A stretch of DNA of 63,522 nt, the filler included, from Choristocarpus tenellus KU-1152 (lineage: Eukaryota; Protista; Phaeophyceae), in NCBI GenBank assembly GCA_964200185.2. It is 9 parts of 9 records of this genome, joined end to end, with 100 filler letters (N's around TTAATTAATTAA, not from the genome) between each part and the next. Parts side by side here need not be neighbours in the genome. Positions count along the whole stretch, not along the records: positions 43,895 to 55,693 come from CAXNAD020002136.1; positions 55,794 to 59,309 come from CAXNAD020019503.1; positions 59,410 to 63,522 come from CAXNAD020016146.1; 6 more parts are not named here. One strand, 5' to 3'. Of this stretch, positions 54,083 to 63,522 are shown one piece after another. How positions within the stretch are numbered: the stretch's first letter is position 1; the number at the start of each line of letters is the position of its first letter. The position numbers and the translations under genes were made by a program. The notes beneath the pieces were generated by a model. The model saw only the letters and a program-made list of their open reading frames with translations. It did not search any database and was not told the origin of the DNA.

Positions 54083-55461
54083 GCCTCTAGTTAACCACAG
54101 CCCAGGACTGAGGATGGATGCCAGGATATTTCACTGAAGTGAATCTCAGGGGAGGGAGACTTGTGTAGGAAAGGGGTCCGTGATGTTCTGCTGCTCTTGT
54201 TTGTATGGCAGCTCACTCCCTTAGTCTAAGTTGTCTAGGGAGCGGGCTTGAGGAGTTGGAAGATGGGCAAACTGTAGGTCATGATTTTTGTGTGTTTACT
54301 ATGTGGTGTTATTATTTTGTGAAGCAGTAGCTGGGGTTGATGTTAGAGGGAGCATTTTCCTCCTTGGTGTACTCTCATACGTCCAAGTGATTTGGAAGTT
54401 GACATGATTGCAGAAGTCACTGGGGGCGATCAGGGCAGTAGGCTCTGTTCCAGAGCCTTGTCCTCCACATGATCCTTGATTCTTGTTCTGCTCAATATTG
54501 TTAACAGGGAGAGGTCTACTTGTGCTGTGTTGATGTGTACAATAGTTCCCTTTCCTGTCTGAGGTGAACTATTTGAGTTGACTACTAATGTGTGTTGATC
54601 TTTGTTTGATTAAGGTATTATTTGTTTTTTCACTACAAGGTATGCTGTAAAGGAAATTAATACTAAAATATGTAAATTAGGGACGCGGGAACCCTGTCTG
54701 CAAGGAAAAGCAAAAGCGTAGTTTTATTAGTTAATTTTATAAGTGCAATCGATAGCATATCAGTCAGTAGGTTGTCTGATTGATTGAGGAAGGAAACTAC
54801 AAAATATCTATCAGAATGTAATATGTATTTTCATACTCAATAGAGAGTAATGCTCGCAAAGATAACAGGTTTTATGTTGTAAACCACAAAATGTTTTCCA
54901 GATTTCGGGAGGTGTCGGACCAAAGGACACTTGAGTATTGCCCTGGACAAGAAAAAGCTAGAAGACCAAATGACCCCCAGGCATCACTCAACACAACAGA
55001 CATTATAGACCAAATTTTCTCACGTTTGCTGGACACGGGGCATTGCGAGGAAGTGTTACGGAATCATATTTTTTGTTTCTCTGCTTTATAATCTCTGGGC
55101 ACAGATGTGAGAAGATCAAACTAAAGTGTGAGACAGTTATGTTCGAGCAAGTGGTCACGACTATTTTTGAGTAAATGGGTATTGGGTGAATTTGCTCAAA
55201 TGTTTTCTGGGCAGCAGATGTTTAGGCACTAGGTTAGTGATGTAGACAACAGATGGTATTCAGCATATGGACTAGGGGATTATATGGACAAGAAACGGTA
55301 TAGAGTGTAACTGCCCCCCAAGCGTTGCCCTGGTATTGATTGGCCAATGGGCAGCAAAAGACCAAATTCGGTCCCGGCAAGAAGGTTGTGGTTAGCGAAC
55401 GCAATTATGGATCGAATGTTTCGAATCTCTATACTCTAATACTGGTGTCAAGAGTTTGTCG

Positions 55462-55635
55462 GACCCAAAGTATCTGGGGGGAGGGGGGGATCTACACCAG
55501 GGTGTCCATTTGGACCATAACCAGAAAAAGTGTACTTACATTATCCATACGACATATGCAACCTAATCACCCCAAAATAGCGACATGGAAAAAATTGGCC
55601 CCAAATGGACAGCCGCCACCCCCCCCCCCCAAACA
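55462..55635. mobile_element. MITE family A
   Basis: GACCCAAAGTATCTGGGGG..TCTACACCAGGGTGTCCATTTGG..CCAAATGGACAG. Confidence 0.85.
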
Positions 55636-55793
55636 CCTCGAGCCACGCCCCCGCCTCCCTCGACCCCTACATCTAGATCCGCTCCAACATCGANNNNNNN
55701 NNNNNNNNNNNNNNNNNNNNNNNNNNNNNNNNNNNNNTTAATTAATTAANNNNNNNNNNNNNNNNNNNNNNNNNNNNNNNNNNNNNNNNNNNN

Positions 55794-55989
55794 GGGCAGG
55801 TAAGAGAATGTCTAGTGTGTCCACATTTTGCCCCCTGCACCCAGCCACTGGGCACCTGTTGGGTAGGACCTCCTCCCTCCCTACAAATCTCTTGGTGGTG
55901 AGTCTAAACTCTATTGAGAGGGATCTGACGTGCTGGTTCCAGGGATTGTGTGGAGGTCCATGCATTTGCCCCTTGTCCACACTGGCTCC
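55794..55989 (-). mobile_element. Second, truncated copy of the RLE-LINE fragment
   Basis: 196 bp near-identical to 57521-57716; begins at the contig edge. Confidence 0.85.
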
Positions 55990-57047
55990 ATTCATTATCA
56001 TAAAAACCCTGTTGATAAATTATTATTATTATTATTGTGTATTTCCAACATATATTTTATGTCATTCATTTTGTTTGGAGAAAGTGAACAGGACCCAACT
56101 GATATGTTCATAACCAGATCCCAATATACATCCATATATATATCAATATAATGTACATATTGGGTTTATATTATTTTGAGGGATTAGGTTTAGGGTTAGG
56201 TTTAGGGTTAGGATTATACTTATATGTTTGTGTTGCAAGGCATGTTTCAATTGTCCATCCATATTGTTTAAACATTGTGTAAGATATATAGTAGAAGGAG
56301 CATATCTTTACTATTCGAACCGAAACGTTTTAATCTTGTAAATGGTAATAATCAAGGTTGTTGATAGAATCGTTTTTCTAGTACAAAAACTCTCAAATTC
56401 TATCCAGTAAGAAATCGTAGGTTAGTATAAATATCATCCACTCATATATACCATCAAAGAACTTTGAATTTTTTATGATATTACCTAATGACTTTACTTT
56501 ACCATCCCTCTATCATTCTTCACTATTGTATTATGATTCCCCTATCACATTTTCCAGAGATGTGTCAGGGCAAAACCAATTCAATATCAGAACACCTGAA
56601 AAAGTAACAGCTGTGGTAAAGTGAAAGATATCATTCTATCCTCCATCTACCATTTGACTACTGCCTATGCTACACCACTCCCCTCCTATCCCTCCAACCT
56701 AGCTTAGCCCTACACCCAAGGATGAGGAGCTAGGGAAGCATCCCAAGAATCTGACAGGCCCCTCCTTGACCATCTCCTTGGACTCTCCAGCTTAAAACGC
56801 ATGACACGTCTTGATAGAGCCACTATTGTGTGTTGTGTTGTGTATTTCGTTGGAGTTTTTTGTCAAAAAGAGCAAGTACCTCACCCGCTACGAGGAGACT
56901 GTGAGGGGTATTCAGGCCATCCTTGTGACTTATTCCAGTCCTAACTAGTTGGTGTTTGTGGGGGAACTACTCCAAGGGACACAATTCAGTCCGAAGGTGC
57001 AGATTTAAAAAAAAATAGAATTCTTGCGTTGTGAGCGAAGCTGTTTG

Positions 57048-57950
57048 TCATAAACGGGATTGACAGCTCCTATCCTCTTGTAGCCTTCCCCCTCTTCCCC
57101 CTATCAAATTCATCCAGAAAACTTTCTTCTTGCTTACCGAGGCACCCAAAACTCTCCACCGTGAAGGTGTTGAGGTTAAAACTACGAGGGTCAAAAGAAC
57201 CCTCGTAGTGGGTGCTTTTCGTGCCTCAGCTGCAGCAGCAGCTACACCATTACTGGTGGATGAGAAGGGCAGATGGGAGGCCACTTGCACTTCCGCAAAA
57301 CGTAACATCCACAAGGAGGCCTTTGTCCTGATAGGGAGCTGATCCAGCATACACAAGTGCCCCAGCATGGAAAACCATATCCATGCGGAAATTCCGATCT
57401 CCACTGTGAATGGGCTACCGTCCTCCATAGTGCAATTTTTTACGGGATGCCCATTCCTTTGCAGAGTTGACCTAGACGCTTCACCATGGGTGTGTCGGGG
57501 GGACCTGTCCCCATGCCCTAGGGCAGGTAAGAGAATGTCTAGTGTGTCCACATTTTGCCCCCTGCACCCAGCCACTGGGCACCTGTTGGGTAGGACCTCC
57601 TCCCTCCCTAGGGATCTCTTGGCGGTGAGTCTAAACTCTATTGAGAGGGATCTGGTGTGCTGGTTCCAGGGGTTGTGTGGAGGTCCATGCATTTGCCCCT
57701 TGTCCACACTGGCTCCGGTGGCGGGCCAGTGAAGAACTTTCCCTCCCTTGTTCTGCATCGTCTAGTAGGTTGGTCAATTGTGTCAGGAGGAGTCGAACCG
57801 AATCCTGCTGAGGAGGTGGGTGATCTCGTGTTGTACCCTCCTTGTGATCCTGGCATCATGGGGTTACTAGAGTGTGGACCTCTGGGGCAGGTATAGGGGT
57901 TGTTGTTCCCCCCCAGGCTACCCGGGCTTACTGCATACGCATCCCCTTGG
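57048..57950 (-). mobile_element. CRE/R2-like non-LTR retrotransposon C-terminus (Zn knuckle plus restriction-like endonuclease), decayed
   Basis: EFRLTAKRSLG...CPVAGC...D......RH and GVAAAAAEARK match the C-terminal pattern of RLE-encoding LINEs; frameshifted. Confidence 0.7.
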
Positions 57951-57994
57951 AAACTGGAGTGAAGACTGGAGAATGGGTTATATATATTTCAGGG

Positions 57995-58180
57995 TAGAAT
58001 GTCTGGTGGCCGATCAGAGGACCATGTGGTCTGTTTTACAGAAGACAAGATGATCGAAGGACTGCTCCACATACAAGAGAACCTCATAGAATGTCAGGTG
58101 GCAGATCAGGCGACCATATGTGCGGTCTGTTTGGCAGAAGACAAGATGATCGAAGGACTGCTCCCCACATACAAGAGAGC
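57995..58180. repeat. Tandem duplication, ~92 bp x2
   Basis: TAGAATGTC.GGTGGC.GATCAG..GACCAT...CAGAAGACAAGATGATCGAAGGACTGCTCC..ACATACAAGAGA occurs twice. Confidence 0.85.
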
Positions 58181-58545
58181 CTCAAGGGAGTGGTTTGTTT
58201 GTATGCAGAGAGGGAGACATATGGGATTTATAAACTATATGGGATTTATAAACTGCAGAGGAGATGGAGGAGTCGACACGTTGGGCCCAAGTATACACCA
58301 CATTTTCTTAAATCTTTGGAAGACCGCGTGGTACTATCTCTGATACATTCTTCACCAGTCCTGTGAAAGGAAACTGCGGACATCATTGCTGAAAGCCTTC
58401 CTCAGCATCCGGATCCGGGGGAGAAGTTCGCGAGACACTGGGTCAAGGTTGATGGACACTGTTTTTGCAGGTCCATCGGGAACGTGTTGTTTCCCGAGAA
58501 TTCTGGAGTATCCTACATTCGCTTACACCTTTAAGTCGTGGCAAT

Positions 58546-58809
58546 GACCCAAAGTATCTGGGGGGGGGGGGGGGGGGGGGGTACAGAGGGCGTCTCATTG
58601 TGTCCAAACACAGAAAGAGAGGTTATTAANNNNNNNNNNGATGAGAACGGGGAAGGGGAGGGGGGGGGGGGGGGGAAGAGGGGGTCTACACCAGAGTGTC
58701 CATTTGGTCCAAAACCAGGAAAAGTGTATTTGCAAATCACCCAAAAATGGTGACATGAAAAAATTGTCCCCAAGTGGACAGTCGCTACCCTCCGCAGATA
58801 CTTTGAGCC
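58546..58809. mobile_element. MITE family A (spans a 10-N gap)
   Basis: AAT|GACCCAAAGTATCT...AGATACTTTGAGCC|AAT. Confidence 0.8.
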
Positions 58810-59202
58810 AATAACATTGAAACACTATGCCACACTGTTCCAGAAAGGTGGATGGCTCGACAGGAAGATCGTACTTGCAGCCAGTAGCGAAATCCTCCTT
58901 ATTAATCACTCTAGAGTAGGGCCGAATAACGAAAAGTTGAAGGAGCCCGCTCTTTCTGATATTCGGATTCGGGAGTGTAGCTGTTGGGCCTAAATTGTAT
59001 CAACCCGAAGTGTATCTGATCAGTACGGCTCGTGAACTACCAGTAAACAGCTCCCATCCGGTCATCCTTACATGACAAACGGGAGAGCAAAGCCATATAA
59101 TCCTTCAAAGCTGAGGTCATTGAAGTTTAAAGGTAGGTTCTGGTTGCAGGGTTGACCGTCTTGTTTTGCCTCTTCTACACGAGAGGATGGAGCAACTGTG
59201 TG

Positions 59203-59309
59203 GAGTGAAAGTATCTTAGAGGGTAGAGCCGCATCCATTTAGGGGACAAATCCAATGTTGCAATTTTGATGTAGTTTTGGTTATCATGTATTTTAGGAGA
59301 TGTCAATAT
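59203..59309. mobile_element. MITE family B, truncated by contig end
   Basis: GAGTGAAAGTATCTTAGAGGGTAGAGCCGCATCCATTT. Confidence 0.85.
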
Positions 59310-60079
59310 NNNNNNNNNNNNNNNNNNNNNNNNNNNNNNNNNNNNNNNNNNNNTTAATTAATTAANNNNNNNNNNNNNNNNNNNNNNNNNNNNNNNNNNN
59401 NNNNNNNNNCTATTCGCGTGTAACAAATGTTTGCACTTCGTTGAAATATAAGAAGAAATACTCGCTCTATTCGCCTGTAACATTATATCATGTGTGTGCA
59501 CTTATGATGCTGTAAGTAAGAGATAAAGAAGACGGTGAATATTTCTCGACTTGCCAAGCAGTCAGTAGATCTATGTTATGTAGTATTCAGGTGCTGTAAC
59601 AACCAAGTCTCTCTCTCCCAATGTCTAAATTAACGTACCTCTTAAGTTCTCCCTATCTACTGTTATATATCTCGACAAGCGTTTTAGAGCTTGTACTCAG
59701 AATCAACAAGGCACAATCATCCCGCATTACCAATTGACGACAACAGCACGCCCCTTATGGCCCACACCTGTTCAATTCTCTAGCCAATCCTACACCTTTT
59801 CCTGGTCACGTCTACACCTGCGAATTGCATCTTGATATGTTACTATTTGAGATTACGCTTTTTAGATACTCGAATTTTAAGGCTTACTGGGTTTTGCTCT
59901 TACATACCTGTGAATACGTCCAGATTTGCAATGACCGGATTTTTTCCATTAACACGCTCCAACAGCACACTTGACTTCTATAGACCGGAAAAGAACAAAA
60001 AACGGCTTCAATAGACCAGGAAAAAACCCTCCACACCTTGGAAGGCGTTTAAACGTGTGGTACGTCAAACTTTGTCTTA

Positions 60080-63076
60080 CCTTACAAGACCTGTCTTTCG
60101 TAGATGTTATCCTTCATATGCAGAACGCAGAAGGACCACAAATAATAATAACAATTGCACTCTTCTTGACACAAGGGGTTTGTCAAAGTGTGATATGCTC
60201 AGCAGTTACGGAGGAGTAAGGAAAGCTTGGTTTACGTAATATATGCGGTAATAATGAAGTTTTCGTCAAAATTGTATATACCGCCACACACACGAACAAT
60301 AGGGCATTCTCTACATGGCTTCAATAGGCGAATATATATATATAGGGGGGGGTTATATACCATGCGAGGCGTTCGAAAGTATCTTATGTAGGATTTCTCT
60401 ATCCATATATCATCAACTTTCATACATCATAATGCTTCCATACGTATTCTACATCTTTGGTACGTTTGTCTTATACAATACGTATTAATATTCCCATTTC
60501 ACATGTTACACGGATTATCAGGAGGAAAAACAAGAAATATAAAGGTATGATAACGTCTTACATTCACATACCTATATGTATTTGAAATCTTACCTGCATC
60601 TCATCTCGTTGATCAAATATTCAACATCCTAATCCTAATAATGAACCATACGCATCCGTGTCGTGAAGAGGGAGAAGTTGAAAAAGGACCGAAGAAATAT
60701 TATTAATATCCAAACCTCCATACCATCTCACCATCCACACTCTTAATATTCACATACAAACTCTAGCCCTAACCCTAACCCTAATCCCAAGAAATATTTA
60801 GTAGTACAGATGAATGTGAATGTATGTATAATACTATGGGGGCGTGGTTCTTGCCACATCACTTGCGTTTTGTTTGACTTCCTCGAATCGAATACCCTAA
60901 TGGGATTTTTTCTTTGCGCACCAATCAATGGAATTGGTACATATATCAGACACTGTCACAAAAGAAAAATGAAAAGGACCACAAAAACTATGTTTTGCAG
61001 ACTCATCTTCTCACCAAAGTCTACCAGACGTTTGGAAATAAAGCATCCAAAAACGTTGATGGAAACCATGTACAGTAGTAGTGAGAAGTACTTTATTGTT
61101 GTTTCAATTTTTGACCTCCTACTGGTGTATGTTCAAACGGTTTCTAGAGAGGATAATCATTCTCCCAGCCTTTAAATTCGACTCTCGCGCCGTCCACATC
61201 CCTCGCACCAATATGATAGATCTCTAGTTCGGAACACAAATAGGAATTAAATATGATTTTGATCCCTCTCATTATAGTGATGCCTCTCGTTCTTACCTTT
61301 GTGTCTGGGGTATATACAAACATAATGGGGGTAAAGAGTGGGCTATCCACTTAGACTTCCCACGAAATACTTAGATATGATGGTTTCCCTGTATGTACAT
61401 TGATTAGGTCATTTGGCATACGAGAGGGTCTCACATCATAGAATTGAGTAATGGCAGTGATGCCATCATTGATGACAACGGCATAGTCTTCCGCCGACTC
61501 TATTTGAAGCTCCAATTCCAATTCTTGTAGCTTGTCCAGGTCGAATCCCTGCCAATCTCGCAGCACAGTAGGTTTGTCAACGGCCACAAGGTAGAGAGTT
61601 CACAACAGCTTTCTTATAGTTGCCAAATTAGATACCAACAGTTGTGCTCCAAGACATTTTACCTACCTGCCAACTTGGTCGATACGTAGTAATCGCAGAA
61701 GCTGCACAAATCGGAAGAGAGACTTAACGCACTTGTAGAATACATCACAATGTTGATACTTGCTATCGCTTTTGTTTTCACACTCAAGACCATAGCTGCA
61801 CATTCCCAGTTTCAAATATCTTGAGGATACAACCACAGTCGGTGTTGCTGGCTCATAATTGGTCGTTAAGCACTGCGTTTCCATGACCTATCCTTCCACT
61901 CTTGCCATTGTCATCTCCAACAATCTGTTGTGCTGATCCTACAGAGTAAGAATAACACGCACACCACCTGCAGAATCCTCAGAAGCTGTACACACAAAAC
62001 CTGTGGCATTCCTACCTGGTAGATAATCGATAATCAATAGCAAAAAGAAGTAACCCTGAAAAAGCTTTCATATTTCGCAATAATAATGAATAAATAAAGT
62101 TGGACGCACCAAACTCACATCCCATTCAAAGTTACTGATTGATAGAAATAACTGTGGCCAATAGGAAGAAATACGGGCCAATCCCATTGATACCATCATG
62201 CCCGCAAGTATGTACACACACCTGCTGTAGCTCTTTGGTGATCATGTTAGAGCGGAATAACTTCTCGTTATCCTTGTCAGTCACTGTGCGCAGCGTGCTG
62301 ACAAGATCCACTGTTAGTGCCTTTTCCACTGAATGAAAAGTAAGCACTGCATAGTGTTCGACGAACCTACAAGGTAAGCAAAAGAGGTCAAGTTCAAGGT
62401 ACAGCCTATGCCTTGACACTAATCACACAGTGTGTGGTACCTATTAAGCTGTTTTAGTTGCTATCCTGATTACTTGATACACGACCTTGTCCAATCAAGA
62501 TCATATTTCACACATAATTTGTTGCTGGTTTATGTGATCACACAATCTTGTTGAAATACACAGCGGAAGGCGAGGTTGATCTTTCGCAAGAGAAGACGTG
62601 CATATATCACCCTCTGCTCTGTGTTTCATACCTACAGGGGTATCCAAATATGAGAAGAGTTTCCTAACTTGCCCACAGAAAAATAACATTGGTGGTGCCC
62701 AAGTGTTACTGCAAACAAAGTTAGAATGAAACAGATACAAAGATCGAAGTATCCCTGAACCTCAGAAATCCTGTATTTTGTTTGAAAAAATATATTTCGT
62801 GCTTCACCTCGATCACAATCTCAACTACAGTTGGCACTACCAGTACAACTGCTACAAGAACATGGCATCTCTCAACACCTCTCCGATGATGTCCAACCCT
62901 CCCTTCCGCAACAATCTAGTAAATCCCACTTACCTGTTGTATAACTCTGCACGGAACGACACCATGGAGCCTAGAGGCTGGTGCCCCACCGGTGCTACGT
63001 CTCCTGGCTCATCTAGGTTCAGGTGGAATACACTTCGGTGTTCCAATAGTGTAAACATCAGAGACCGCGCCCACTG
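60080..63076 (-). pseudogene. Decayed intron-containing gene of unknown family (possibly transposon-borne, Ulp1-like segment)
   Basis: Exon-like blocks bounded by AG/GT (WARSLMFTLLEHRSVFHLNLDEP.., RFVEHYAVLTFHSVEKALTVDLVSTLR..KELQQ, GYFFLLLIIDYLP) with many TAG/TGA stops. Confidence 0.45.
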
Positions 63077-63460
63077 TAGGATACATGCCACACATACATG
63101 TCATTCACGGCAATATATGCACGAGGTGTTAACTCACTGTTGTCTCCACTGTGCTAGAAACTCATACCACATGCGGAGTAGATCGAATTGCCTTATGAAG
63201 TTTTGAAATCACATATATTAGAAAATAAGTTGGGTAACAACCTTCACAGGATCTACGCACTACTGCAGGCAGGAGAACAGGGGTTGTGAACACAGTAACC
63301 ATGCAAATAACTATTGAGCGAATATGCACACAAAACGCATGCATTCATCGGACCATCTATTGCTATGCTGGGCACAGAAAACAATCTTAGAAGGCCTAGA
63401 TTTGATATTGGTGACAACGTAAACAGAGAACCTTGCAATTTGAGTACATTGATACTCTAA

Positions 63461-63522
63461 GACCCAAAGTATCTGGGGGGGTGGGGGGGCTTCACCAAAG
63501 TTTCCATTTGGACCACACCAGG
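63461..63522. mobile_element. MITE family A, partial
   Basis: GACCCAAAGTATCTGGGGGG..TCCATTTGGACC at the window end. Confidence 0.8.

Noticed and set aside
4196-59409. Recurring TTAATTAATTAA palindrome as a biological motif or piggyBac target
   Set aside because: Always centred in identical N runs; it is a six-frame-stop concatenation spacer.
62778-63206. 142-aa plus-strand ORF
   Set aside because: It is the antisense shadow of minus-strand exon relics; most other short ORFs in the track are likewise intronic or TE noise.
59410-63460. Endogenous giant-virus (NCLDV) segment
   Set aside because: AT-rich with short ORFs, but no viral hallmark motif is recognisable and the blocks have spliceosomal boundaries.

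Overview
Eukaryotic nuclear DNA from a photosynthetic stramenopile, most likely a brown alga or close relative (inferred from the LHCX gene with an ASAFAP-type plastid targeting signal, VDE, many GT-AG introns and frequent interstitial TTAGGG). The window is nine unrelated contigs joined by eight artificial 100-bp linkers (N...TTAATTAATTAA...N), so adjacency across linkers has no biological meaning. Host genes, assembled by hand from splice sites: a disrupted LHCX copy, the 3' part of violaxanthin de-epoxidase, tRNA-Lys(UUU), the 3' end of mitochondrial ATP synthase OSCP, most of exocyst SEC3, a chromo-barrel (Tudor-knot) gene head-to-head with SDF2, and a heavily C-to-T decayed intron-containing gene. 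The rest is transposon debris: Copia, Gypsy, RTE, CRE-like RLE LINE, pogo, a plant/oomycete-type mariner with Stowaway-like MITE, three long fold-backs, and two very abundant MITE families sharing an AAAGTATCT terminal motif. I found no clear new multi-gene system. The best leads are a TG..CA insertion carrying a tRNA-like Pol III cassette inside LHCX, the unclassified MITE pair, and a CpG-island versus CpG-depleted gene-body pattern. All family assignments come from remembered motifs, not database searches.
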